Below are positions 25,266 to 38,641 of a stretch of DNA of 64,000 nucleotides, in pieces. A program made the position numbers and the translations under genes. Origin of the DNA: Acanthaster planci (Eukaryota); assembly GCF_001949145.1 (NCBI RefSeq), contig NW_019091362.1:894427-958426 (forward strand), given 5' to 3'. Every line of letters begins with the position of its first letter. The first letter of the stretch is position 1. The notes beneath the pieces are model-generated. The model saw nothing but the letters and a program-made list of their open reading frames with translations. It did not search any database and was not told where the DNA came from.

Positions 25266-28200
25266 TTTGCCCTCGGACTGTGTTTCTGTCACCACATCAG
25301 AGAGACTTTGTAGTTGAGACCAAACCAGCAGGACTGCTGGTAAACAGCGCAGGGCTGGGAACACAGTACAAGGCCACACACTACACGTACCGGTACTGTT
25401 CCCCAGCTCAGCCACTTTTTACACAACTACTATTTAGAGATAACAAAAGCCTGCATGGAGTTCAGCACAAGGCCTACCGGTACTCTATACATTTTTTTTC
25501 TTCACTTCTTTTCCAAGCAAACTGTTGCCCGTTCCTCCACAGCCCTGGGCAATGCAAATGGATTTTTCCAAGTGTAACATCAACCCATACACAGAGAGGC
25601 TACATGTAGGGCAAACACGACTGGCTATGATAATAGTCATTTCTCTCTTGAGGGGAAAAGGCTCAAATGAGGCTGTTATTATCCTCAATGTGCTGACTGC
25701 ACAGTCCTACTAAATGTAAAAAAACTACATGAAGTAGAATAAATCAGGGATAAAGTTTGAACTTAAAAGCACCGGCCCTTTCACTTTTAAGAATTGAAAT
25801 TTAATTTTTTTATACTGAGCTGTTTGGCCCAGTATTTGTAAAGGTGCATACATGTAAATCAGTATCATAAATCAAAGAAAAAGAACAGTCAGAAAGTTCA
25901 CCTCACATCTGTGGGCCTTAATTACCAGGATTTTTTTTGGGGGGGGGCAAAACTACTTGTTCGGGGGGGGGGTTGCAGTCATCAACTAAGAATTGATAGA
26001 ATATCGTAATGAGACGGAGTCAGGGGTTTTGTGTGATTCTCATCCCCTTTCATCTCTTTCTTAATTTAATTCGATTTCTCTTCTTTTGCCTTGACAATTT
26101 TTAGGAGAGGGTAAACACCCTCCTTGCAACAGCTATGCTCACATTAATAGAGAGTCACAAGACAAAACAAACTGAAGCAAAAAACTGGTTCCAGGCCAGA
26201 GGTGAATCACTGCCTAAATGCAAATACCAGCTTCATTCTGGATTCGATGTCATAATGGTCTTAAACTTGGACCCTGGAATCAACAAGTTATCAAGGGTTA
26301 GAGGACTGTCAGTCTAAGAACATTAAGACCAAGGGCAAACATGCTTAAGTCTGGAGGCAAATTTGGACAAGGTTTTCATACTTTTGTTCATTGGACCAGC
26401 ACAGACTACAGGTTATTACCGAGATCGTAAATCCTGGTCTACAACTTTGTTACATGCAAGTAGACATGTACAGTGTAAAACAGTGATGCAGGCTGGGACA
26501 ATCCGTTCCAAGTAGGAACAAGAGGGTGTACTTTTACAGGCAATTAACGGTCGTTTGATGGGAACTCACCAAACATGCAGGTTTATGAATGTTTGGAATG
26601 GGACGTGCTTTGAGAACATGCGAATGTAACCAATCTAGGTTAGAGTGTACAGACTTCATCATTTATTAGGCATGTACACGAGTGCCTTGTTAAAAAAGTT
26701 CCCACTAGCCTGTCACTCCTTTGCCGCTGAAGGTACACTTCAATTCAAGGGGTATAACACTGTTCTTAATAATTGTGAAGTACGCTGCATCTTCTAGATG
26801 CAATCCTTCTAACTGGCTTTCTATTGGGAAATGAAGATACTTTCTGCAAATATCAGTTATCACATCAAATTTGCATTGGTTACTGTGGGTAGCAGTTACA
26901 TTTGTTTGGATGTCACCAACTACACTGTAAATGTACAAAGAATTACAGCCAAGGTCTCACTGGATTGAGCACAGCAACAAAATCACAGCACAATAACAGG
27001 GTTTGCTATTTACCTGCAAACTGATGTTGATGCATTCAAGTAAAGAGATCTGACACAATACTGACAATAACAGGCAAGCAATTTTTGTTTGCTATTGACC
27101 AAGTCACTGCTTTATTACTGGTGGCTCATGGTAGAAACAAAAATAAAATAAAACTGACGGGTACAGTATGTTGAACACCTGGCTGCATACACGTATGTTG
27201 GAAATGCCAGTACAGTAGATTTATACACTTTCGGGTTAAATGTACAAGCCGTATATGACACCAAGCATATACCACAAATATACCAAGCATGATCACTATT
27301 CAACCACTAGAATCAGTGTATTTTTGATACACCCTCACTATTTTCATGTGACTTTTGAAACAGGTTGCATCCACTGATGTTTCTTGCCTCTTATAAAAAA
27401 TACATAAATGAATAGAACTGTATTTTGTTTTCAACATGTACCTGCATATATGCAGGAATACATAAGGTTTTTTTAGTTTAAGAAAGCAAAGCAACAATTT
27501 TCGTTGTTTGACAGGTATCTGTATGTGTATCAAACAGATGCAAATATGGAAAAAGAAAACACAATGTATGTGTACATTTTAAATGCACAGTACCAGGCAA
27601 ATATTTGTGATTTTAGAATTATCGATCCTCCAACAGATCAGCTGTACGTTTGACTTTTAATCAATGTGCTAAAAATCAGCATAGCTAGTGCAACTGTGTA
27701 CAGTCAGGTATTAGTGCAGTTTCCTGTGACAGGCCTTCAACTATTAGCCGCACTATAAGCCCTCGCATCACCGAGCCGTGATGGATTTACAGAGAGTTCC
27801 CCCACTAGTAAACCGCCAGCTACGCCAATAAAGACGACACGCCCGGATGTTTTCTCAAGTCTCACTCTCAAGGGCTGAAGGCGACGAGGGGATGATCTTC
27901 CAGGGAGCAAGTCACATGCTTGACAGGGTTTGGCGTTAGGATGCAGCCTGCCGAGCGATGAGCATACCAGAGATACGGGGTCTGGGAGTGTGAGTATATG
28001 ATTTGATCGTGTAGGGCATTTCCCATCACTGGAACATCGACCCACTTGAAGGTTACGCTCTGAGTGTCATTATGAAATCCTCCCCTCACGTAAGTTGTTA
28101 CCCTGATGTTCAACCGAGGACATACACGTACATGTACACATATTGATTGACACTTCCACAATACATGCACTGCACATGTTTTGCATAGCTTACGTCAGAC

Positions 28201-29584
28201 AGTCTCAAGGTCTTAAGATGAAGTTTGGGCAGGTAAAATCTGATTGACTGCTTCACTGAGGCACTTTTTTGAATGTGCAACTTTAGCACACTAGACAAAC
28301 ATCACAACTTTCTAAACTCTGACGCTATTCAACAGACCCCTTGTTAAATGCTGAATAATTTCAATTAAGTTCATACAACAAATTGTCATTCAAAAGGTTG
28401 CTGTAAATGTCATGTACCGGTAACTAGAAGCTTTCAGCAACAATTCGATTTAAAAAAAAGATTTTATATACAAATAAACCAAATACAGTAACTGCAGATA
28501 CACGTATGCTGGCAGACTTTTTTGAAGCAAGAATACAGACAGCACAGTATAACTTTTTGAGTCACAATGGCTGAAGCCCATTCTACAACTACAAAAATGT
28601 TGTCTTCTTAAAAGTTTAGTGGCAGACCACAGATTTGCATTAATTAACCACTAGACGTTCTGTATAATTTCTCGCTCTCCTGTCAAATATACTCAGTACA
28701 CGCATTTGCACCATTTAAATTTGTGCATCTGGAGTGTCGGGCTGTCCCCCTACACAGCAACAACTGTCAAACTCACTTGGTTCTGACAAGTAAATTGGAT
28801 GACATTAAATCTACTAACAGCATCTGTATTGAATTAAATGTTGGTGATTTACATGGACTGTACAGGTGCTGATGCACCGCTGGCTGTACCGTGGCCTGTA
28901 TAGCTACCAGTTGGAAACATGCTGGATTGCTGGCACTATAACCTCTAGACTGCACTGGAATTATTGCTGTATACACATACGTCATGGCTTCTACCAGTAG
29001 AATACTAGAACTTACCCACTTACCGCAAGGCACAGCTCTTCAAAATTAATCGTAACTACTGTATGCTCATTTTTGTCCTCTTTGGTCCATCACAGCTGTC
29101 AGATTAATTACCAAACTGATGGCGGTATATCACTGTGTACATGTACACGGTAATTCAGGCACATTTGATGACGTCAAGTGGGAATGATTTTCAAGATCTA
29201 CACATTCTGCAGCGGTCATTTCTTTTCCAAAGTTCATGTTCAACACTCGTTAACCATTGGGACCCACGGAGATGACTGGGAAATGTTGTGAACTTCAGAG
29301 GGGTTAGTGTATTACTTGCTACGGGCGGTGGCTACTGTTGCTACATGTACTGTTTTGCTTTTCAAAGCACTAACTTGCTCTTTGATTAATAAGCAGACAC
29401 CAATTTACATGTACAAGATGATGAAGTTATGAACTATTCCCAACATAAGATTTAGGGAAGAATGGTGGGTGTAGGTTTAACTAAAAGATGCTGAGTGAGT
29501 TAAGCACAGATGGGCAGAGTAGCAAGATGTCATGAGGGAAGGCAGGAGGGCTGAAGAATATGGGGGGGGGAGTTGAAATCTTAC

Positions 29585-29641
29585 CCTTTCGTCACTGTCG
29601 TTTTCTTTATGTCCCCCCTCCTGTATGTGGACATTGGTACC
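29585..29641 (-). CDS. Candidate internal symmetric exon (GTNVHIQEGGHKENDSDER, 19 aa)
   Basis: Acceptor ctctcttgctcag| and donor AGG|GTAAGA. 57 nt, phase 0-0, open, purine-rich. It joins in frame to the upstream phase-0 exons. Confidence 0.6.
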
Positions 29642-32600
29642 CTGAGCAAGAGAGCCACACTACATTTAGAAAAGGACACACACCACGCACAAACATAAAC
29701 ATTCTTGTCCTGTATTTGTGAGGACAACACTTGATCATTATTGCAGGGATGAAAAATGTCACAGAGACACACAAAAGTGTTCAACTTTCCTAACACGTAC
29801 AATAATAATTTCCCCACAACATCCTAGCTGGGATTACACTTTTATATATCGTATAACGTCAACAAAGTCATTTTGATTCAGTTAATAATAAACAATTCCA
29901 TTTTGCAGGTTATCAGAAGGAATGTTCAAGATTCTTTGTCTCATATTTTCCTGTCTTTCCGATTCTCCAACGAAAAAAAAGTGCCCCTTGCCCAAAATTT
30001 CACTTGTTTACTTGCTTTGTGTGCATGTTTCCATAAAATGAAACAAATTTTGCAACCAATACTGACGAAGTACAATGTATTTTTCTATCGCTTCTAATAA
30101 ATTTCAAATCAAATTCAAACCCAGTATTCAGACATGGGCTTCACAGGTCCATCAAACCCCAATCATTACAGAAGTTTGATTTGTGACCGCTGGACCAGAG
30201 TAGACAAGAGACTAATTTAATATCAAGAGTAAGTCTTACTGCGAGAGAAAGTTAAAATACGGATGAGCAATAAATTGTCTACAGATGCACGACATCAAAA
30301 GACATTTGACAGCAAAACACAGGAAACAACTGGCAGTGAAATGGCTTTGAGTTGAATGGATGATGGAGTAAAAAGAATTTAGCCTTCCCCGGAAGACATC
30401 CTTTATTCTTAAAAAATCACCTGTTTGAAAAGGTTGAATCCATTTCTCTAACATTCTCATTAATCAGCTTATAAGTACCAGTACCTAAATGTACTAATAA
30501 TTTGAAACAAAGCACTCACAAGTTAGTTAGAAAATTCATTTGGCCTAAATTACAATAGAAAAAAATACATACATGTGTACGTAAGAAAATTCAAATGACT
30601 CAAGTCAAATGTATGTTCTTTCTACTCTATGTAACAAGTGCCTCCAAGGTAGACATTATAACTGTTACCATACTTCCATATATTCCTAAATGACACTAAA
30701 TATTTCAGGTGGCATGATTTATTCGATCATGTCATGCCAATAAAAATGTCAGCATGAAGCTAATTGATAGCTAGACGTGTATCTAGTCATGTGGGTTATG
30801 TGTGCGTTTATGACCGTCTCTTCCATAAAACTTTGCCTCATCAATTCCCCAGGTAAAAATAACAGCTTGTATGAAGCCCACAATCCCCTGCACTTGGACA
30901 GTAAAGCAATGACCAAGCACACGGTGTACAATATTTAGGCACATGTACCAGGGGTACTTACATGTACATGTAGGCAATTCTTCTGTATTACCGTTCCACT
31001 TCATTCTGTGCATTTACAGTTCTCTCCTACATGAAGTTGTGCATATCTTATATCACATGTGTGCAGATCTATTAGAAGGCACATGTAGTACAGTTGTAAA
31101 TTGTAATTAACAAGCCATGCATGTGTAATGCACAGATATTTATCCAATCTACTCAACCCACTCTCTGCAATCCAGGCATGAATAGGCCTAAGTTAATAGC
31201 TACGAGTATTTATGGCATAATTAAAAAAAGTAATTAAAATCCTCTGCTTATGTGCATTAGCTTGTGTCATTTGCTGCAAGAATATTCATGATATGCAAAT
31301 AAGACAAATCTTATTACTGACACTAGTGACAGTTAACCGTCGACCCTGGATTGACTGGAACTTTTCTTTGTTAGTATGAACTAACAGGTTTCCTGTATGA
31401 CTGTAACTGGGCGGTGAGCCTTCTTTTGTGCAGTTCTTGTAAAGCAATATTACAAGCTTCCAACCCCAAGATTATACAAGGCACGTAACGGGCTATTTTA
31501 ATTGGGTTTGTCCCATACAATGAAATGCAACCAAGTTTTTGAAAATTTCATATGAAACACAAGTGTAGGCATCAGAAAAGTCCACAAGGAATAATTTGGT
31601 TTTATAACTTGATCACCAAATGGTAGAATAAAAAGATTTTGTTTGTTTTTAAAAAAAGTATGAAATTTATCTTGAAATTTTCAATTCAGTGAGGTGCACT
31701 ACTACAAAAACAGGCCAGTGCCTGTAATTTTTTTTATTGAAAAAATCACTCAGAGACCACTTTTCACATTAAACTGGACCTTTGCGTGGCTTCAAGGCTA
31801 CCTATTTTTTTGGGGGGGGGGGTCAAATCCCTTAGAAAAGAGAAAACCTTTGACATGTAAATCTGGGCCCGGTATCTTCTTAGTGTGATTTTGGCAAATC
31901 ACACTAAATTGTGTACTGGTACTACCGGTAGTATAAAAGCATCTAGCAATTTTGGCCTCTGTCAGTAACGAGAATACGATCTTCTACTATCCTGGCTTGC
32001 TGCTTTTCAATCTCAAGGTCATCATTTATGTGGCTTTACCGGTATTTTGAATGTGTCTGAATCAAGTGAATGGAGACAGGTGTATTAGTATGCAGGTATC
32101 GATTCTAGAAAAACATGTACAATTAAATTTGCTGGGGTCTCAATAAAAGACTTAAGAGTTGGAGTGAGTGACAGAAGCACACTGTTTGCCTCCCTGGACT
32201 CATCTAATTACTTTTTAAGAACAGGAGGGTGATAAATATTTCATTAGATGCACAATGCATCAGATTTGCCATCCTTCTTGTTGTTACAGGTTGGTATATC
32301 ACGCTGACTGCCTACTAGGAAGTTATTGTTTCTCAGTTGGGTTGTTTTCTTTTCAAATGGTACCAGCAGAAGAATACAAAGGGGCTGTTTAATTACTCTA
32401 GTACAGGACCCACTGTTCTAGCCGTACATGTACATACATGAACTTGTGCAGGTAGGGTACGAGTACAATGGAAGTCGAGGTTTTCTTTTGAAACTATTTG
32501 TAATTCGTAATGTCTCAATTTGTGCCTTGAGAAAATCAGCATGATAATGTAGAATGAACATGTAGTTTTTCCATGACATTTATTATAATGTCATTTTGCC

Positions 32601-34646
32601 AACACACTTCATTTAAATTAAAGGGATTGCTGAAGGCCATGGATAAACATTCTAATTTTTCAAACAGTGTGATCTCTCGTCAAAAGATGCCTAAATTTGC
32701 CATTAAAACATCGGAGTAAAATATTAACAGAATGGTGCAACATTTCTGCAAATTTTCTGCAATATTTTGTTTCTGGCTGTTCCTAAAAGCAGCAGTGAAT
32801 AATGAGGCTTGAAGCTGGACTGCATCCATGTGGTACCAGTGGTACCAGTGTATGCATTTAATGAGAAGTGAGAGTTTGTAAAATGTCATGCAGTGTGGTT
32901 GCCATGCTTGAATGCACAAGAGAGTGCATCACGTTGAAACATGATTTGATTTCACTAATCCTTTCAATTAGGATAGCAAAAGTTTCCAGGTACATGTAAT
33001 CCAAATATGAAAATGAGCTGTGCGGAGAGTCCTTCTCAGGGCAGAGATTTCATGCCAATAAAAACTGTTCCCATCCTCCATTCCTCCAAGTAAACAGCAC
33101 TGAAGATGGTACAACCCAGCCTCCATGACACTGTACTGAGATACCCGGCTGCTTCTTTCAAGTTAATGTACCTAGGAATTGTCCTTTTCTAGTGGCTATT
33201 AGTGGATAATTGAGCTGATCTTCCCTAAGTGATCCACCAAGTATTTCACTAGTATTTGCTCTGCTTTGCTTTATGGATCGCTTCAAGAGGCTTTTATACA
33301 ACACCACTTGAAGCATTCAATATTTAGACACAGTTTAGTACCACTACAAAAAGTTGATGGTAGCACGTAACAGTTCAACTCAGGAGGCACAAATTCAATG
33401 ATGAGAGTAAATGATGTGCTTTATCACCACAGCAGGTAAAAGTTGCCTCTTATCAGAACAATGCATTTTTGTGCGGTCTGAATTTTGGCAAGTTGGCAAC
33501 TAACTTGTGAGAGCTTTAGGTTTTTTTATTTAACCAGTTTCAATATGTTTGGAAAAAAGAAAATTTGCATCAGGGGACCCCCCCACATAAACTTGTGTTT
33601 GATTCCCTACAAAAAAATTTCGGTACGGATCTCTATCTAATTATTCAAAAAGTAAAATATACAAAAACTGTTGACGCCTGCTCAGAACCTACTTTTTTAG
33701 TTCTATTTCAAACTATCATCTAAAACTATCAGCTCAATGGCTTGGAAACAAATGGGCTTGTTCTTACCCATATACCTGTCAACCCCTCAATGAGTGAAAA
33801 CAAAATCACAGTATTGACAAATTAAAGCACTAAATATGACAATCTAAAAAAAATCAATTAACCACCATCCCACCCAAACATTTTGACCATGAACATTTAG
33901 AGATAAACGATTTTAACAACCTACCCACCCTAATTGTTATTTTTTCAAGGTGGTGGTAAACGTCTATTTTTGTTTGGCCTCAGCTAACCAACCCTTTGGC
34001 ACAGTTGCACATGCCTGGGTACTTTCCCTTCTCACATTACAAAATGGTTCTTGTCAACAGGAATGGTGCCTCTTGACACTCATGACATTATAAACACTAC
34101 AGTTGTGTGCCTTTTGACAAATAGAATGTGTACACTACTTATTGATTTTCTAGCCAGTGCCATGAGGATATTAGACGAATCTCCAGCCATATTGGTTACT
34201 CGGCTATAAATACCAAACTGCACTGAACCTCCAAGGGTACAGGGCATTTGCATTATTAGAATGTGGACTCGAAAAGTGATTCAGCAGTAGACCAGATACG
34301 GTCATGACGGTATGGTGCGGGACAAACCCTCACCTTGCCCCTAGTGAGCTGGTGGTAAACAGTTTAATTCAATCGCATACCGGTACTCAGTAGGTTCACT
34401 TACAGCCGGCCTGAACTAGCCCAAATTCTGCAGTGACCCACACATAGCCATTCACGAAAATGTATGCAAAAGGCCTACGTGTACTTTTGTATCAAAGCTA
34501 TTCACTGCCAGTGTCACCATTATATTAACGGTATTTAGGCCTATCAAAAAGAAACACTGAGAACGAATGAACTAACGTGACAGACACCAACAGCGTCCTG
34601 ATGACGTGACACAAACTCATTGACATCAAAACCCAAAAGCACTCAC

Positions 34647-34721
34647 CCGATTCTCTTCCGTCTGTTCCTGACCATTTCTCCCGTCAGGTGAATTTCTGGG
34701 CCTTAAAATTGCCGGGAACAT
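34647..34721 (-). CDS. Candidate alternative first coding exon (MFPAILRPRNSPDGRNGQEQTEENR, 25 aa)
   Basis: aatATG is preceded by an in-frame TAG. 75 nt run to the donor CGG|GTGAGT, phase 0. It lies just downstream of the CpG-rich promoter-like region. Confidence 0.55.
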
Positions 34722-35151
34722 ATTGGGAAAGGCAGGCTCTGAGCTCCTTGAACATTCGAACTACATGTATGACAAGTAGGACTGGTGGTGCAAAGTTGCG
34801 TTCGTGTGTACGGAAGCGGAGGGGTGTGATGAAGCGGTACATTGGTCACAGCGCGCACACATGGTTTTCCATTGATCAGGGTTCGTTGCAGCTGTGCGTT
34901 TTGTGTATACATATTGTGTTAAATATAATCATACAGTTCGTGTCAATTTGGAGGTGCTGGGATGGGGACCGGGGGCGGATCGGTTAGGAGGGTAGGGGCG
35001 AGATTTTTGATGGATATACAAATTGATTGAAAGGGTCACAGGAAGAAAAGCTAAAAGATAGATCTTAGACTCAAAATTTGCAGACAACCATTTTCAGACG
35101 GTTTTTACTGTTGATCTACAGCACTGAATTTCTGTAGAAGGGAAAACTTAC

Positions 35152-35600
35152 CCCTGAGCCCCCGAGACGTGCCTATGACACCAAATCCAAACTGTACTGT
35201 TTTTCGTTTCTTTGGCCATTTGAGTTTTTTACTACATTGCCAAGGGCGCGAAATCAAACACAACCTCTCGTAAATATGGAATTGTTCTGCACGGAAAGTT
35301 AATCGCAATCAAACAATAATTGTTTTGACACGTAGCAAATTGGAGTCGCTGTGTGGAACGGTTTGCCGTGCCGCCTCGTAGCGGATCAGCGCTCCACTGG
35401 GCGCTGCATGGTGGGTTGAGGCGGTAACTCACTATGCCAGTGACATGCTCACGCGCTGACAAAAGTCCCGTGGAGTTTGAGGTTCGGTGCCCAGGGATGA
35501 CGGAGGAGGTTCTGACACGTTTCAAACATGCAGCCCCGCAGAGTTTGAGATTTTGTTCATCAAAATTAAATGCTTGCCACGTCATTTAACTGATGAAAGT
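35152..35600 (-). promoter_or_regulatory. CpG-rich candidate promoter / 5' exon region ending at a donor at 35151
   Basis: High CpG/GC density at the boundary of the CpG-depleted domain. Donor GGG|GTAAGT. A matching acceptor ~195 nt downstream (CTAAC branch motif at 34983-34987, C-rich tract, CAG| exon start 34956). Confidence 0.45.
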
Positions 35601-36074
35601 ACATTCTGCCACCTACGTGTATCTCTATCATGACTCTCCCTGTGTGTCTCGTCTATGCTCTGTGTGTTAGTTGAGACGGAAAAAATGTTACAGGGAGAGA
35701 TCAGAAGGAGGTCAAGAGTAATTGCGTATTAAAGTTTACATGAATATTTACTGAGGATGCCACTTAGGACGCATCACCATTTGCGTAACAATAAGCATTC
35801 GACACTTCATTGGCCTATGGGATTGGTGGATTCCTCTTGGAGAAGAGATCACATCACGTCATTTGAATGCACGGGTCTTTAATAAGGGATCGGCTTGAAG
35901 TGCAATAACCACTTTTGGGCAGGGGTGAGTTGGAAGTCTGGTGGGAGTACAGTAAGAGAGGAAGACACAGGCTGGTTCTATTCATGAACTGTGCATGAGC
36001 ATGAAATAAAATTCCGCACAGTAAAGAAATACGAGGATGGACCGTGCTAAGGAATAAGATGCGAAATTTTTGCA

Positions 36075-36302
36075 CAGCGCGTGAGTTTTTGGGGGGTTTA
36101 TTGGGGGGCTGTCATATATCATCATGCGGCCGCGGTAGGCATGTTGGTCGTTTCACCAGCAGCGGGGCACATTACTTTGAGTGTAACAGCACATTTTAAT
36201 CATAATAAGTGGCGACCACCAGAAAGGTAAGCCCTATGTGGCGGCCCTCATAGAACTATTTGGCGGCCAACCAGAAAATGGTATCAAAAACTGCACGCGC
36301 TG
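36075..36302. mobile_element. ~230-bp MITE
   Basis: TIRs ACAGCGCGTG-AGTTTTT (36074-36090) and AAAAACTGCACGCGCTGT (36286-36303), with internal TGGCGGCC/TGGCGACC repeats. Confidence 0.55.
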
Positions 36303-37017
36303 TACCAGAAAAGTTTGCATAATATCCCTCGGCGATATCCGGCTTTTCCGATCAGGAAAGAGGTGATGGTTTTTTAGATCACAACTGGGGTTTTAAAGCT
36401 TTCATTCTAGGTATAAAACTTGATGTGCTCATTGCGTCTGGGAATTAAGCATACGAACGAAGGGGTGCTGACTGCTGACATTGCGTACAAAGAGTCCTAT
36501 CCATCGCCCATACGCAGTTTTACCATGCAGAGTAAACAATACTTCTAATAAAATGTATACATTAACGTGTATTTCTCATGGTTTAATGCCGGTATAGGGG
36601 CAACGTGTATGAATAAAAAAAATCACAAAACGCAACATTTTAAAAAATTTAATCTGAAATTCAGCGATACAGAATAGGGCAGTCTGAAGTCACAAACAAA
36701 CATGAAGTGCGTACGCGTACAGGAGGGAAGAAAGTTGGAACCACTGACGCCTGGCATGAATTCTGTCTAAAGTAAAGCATTGGGGGGGGGGGCTTTCGGG
36801 GGGCCTACCCACATAAATCATGGGGCACCAAACGCCATTAAAGTGCAGTTTGTACATACATGAGTATATTTCAAAATTTCAAATGGGGACCCCTGGGTAT
36901 AGGAGGCTACCGACCTATGGGGAGGGGCAGGCAAAGACGTATAACTCCCCCGTGGCCCTCAGGTATTTACGCCTTCGGCATTTGGGGCGTGTGGTAACAT
37001 GGACAGCTTCGGAGGTT

Positions 37018-37533
37018 TAAACTTCGCTCGTCGCCAGGCGCCAAACCAGGGCGCTGGGAAGGGCTGGTGCCTTTGCACTGTACTTATTGGCTACTTTGTG
37101 CATGATCTCCAACCACGACATTATCTCTCTCTGTTGGGAAGCGTTATTTTGAGTTTTTGGTTAGCCAATGGCAATGTTTTGGTACAGGCCTTATATGATA
37201 AAAACACGACCTTGGTACGATCACAGTAATTAATCTTTGCACTAAGTAACACCGATCGCGTGTCTTTTGACAATAATTTCAAATCATTGGTTATCTCGAT
37301 TAATTTTGGATGAACTAAAATAAAGTGTAGTGAGAATATTTTCAGCAATGAAGAACTAATAACCGCCACTTCGAGCGATCTTGCGCACCTTGCGAAATTT
37401 ACCCACAAGCGTCTGCGCGTCGCTAGCTGTAGGCCTAACCTCGCGTGACGTATTTCCTTCACTGAAATCTGTGCAAGGCCTTGCAGCCCTTCTCAGCGCC
37501 CCGTTTGGGCGCTGGACGACGAGTGGAGGTTTA
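37018..37533 (+). mobile_element. ~520-bp MITE, copy 1
   Basis: TIRs AACTTCGCTCGTCGCCAGGCGCC and GGCGCTGGACGACGAGTGGAGGTT, inner IR GGGCGCTGGGAAGGGCTG / CAGCCCTTCTCAGCGCCC, TA flanks. Homologous to 38123-38641. Confidence 0.8.
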
Positions 37534-38122
37534 AACGGGCCATGGTTTACCTAGAAATAGGGGTTGACGTGGTTTCCAGATATACAAAACCAAAAAATCG
37601 CATATTTGAAACTTTGCAGATTACAACCCCCCTCCGGCTTTCGGTATTTTGTTTTCTCGTTTGCAACATTCTGGTTCAAAATGAAAATCATGCCCACACG
37701 TCTGGTCAATAAATTGATAAACCAACACTGTTCTTTAACTCGTATGGCCTATACTAACAGGTTTTCCGGTAATTAGCATGATTTCAATTATTAGCATATG
37801 CATCTGTTTAAAAATCGATACACATTCATAGGGCGAGCCTGTAATCCCGATACTGTCATGGAGACTTTTCGTCCCGCCATTAATGTTGTAGTTGAAAAAC
37901 TGCGATTAGAGGAACAAATCTACCACTGCACGGACCTTCCGAGGAGGGGGATCTTGTCCTCTAACCGAAACAAAGGAGGAAAGGAGATGAGACTCGGTAG
38001 TTTGTTTGAAGACACTTCGAAATCAGTGTCCCTCTACCGATGATGGTTTGTTCGGTTTATACGGATGGGATCCCCCTGGCAACGCCCATGAACACAGCAC
38101 AGTTCCGAGGGGCGCCTGCAGG

Positions 38123-38641
38123 AGTTCGGTCGTCGCCCAGTGAACAAGGCGCTGCGGATGGAAAGGGCTGATGGCCTTTCACAGATTTTCGTGAAGGAAA
38201 TACGTCACACGGGGCCTCAGCTAACGATGCGCAGAAGCAGAGCAAATATCTGCCAGGCGCGCGAGCTCGCTCAATACGTTACACAAGCGGCGGTTAGCCA
38301 TTTCATATTTTTTCTTTTTCTTCCTCCTTGTTGAAAATATTCTCGCTACACTTTATTCGTTCATCCAAAATTGATTAAGATAACTGATGATTTGAAATTT
38401 ATTACCTGATCAGTTATACTTAGTGAGACGACAAATTACCACACTGTGATTGTACCAAGGCCATGGTTTTTATCATAGCTTTACCGACGTACTAAAGGCA
38501 TTGTCATTGGCAAACCAAGAAATTTAAGTATTAAACGTTTCGCCAACAGGAAGTGATAACCTCGCGGTCGCAGGTCGTGCACAATGTGGCCAATTACGGT
38601 GCAAAGACATCAGATCGGGGCGCTGGGCGACGAGCGAACTG
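38123..38641 (-). mobile_element. ~520-bp MITE, copy 2 (inverted relative to copy 1)
   Basis: TIRs AGTTCGGTCGTCGCCCAG and CTGGGCGACGAGCGAACT. The reverse complement shares blocks with copy 1 such as GTGACGTATTTCCTTCAC and AATTTTGGATGAAC...ATAAAGTGTAG.GAGAATATTTTCA. Confidence 0.8.
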
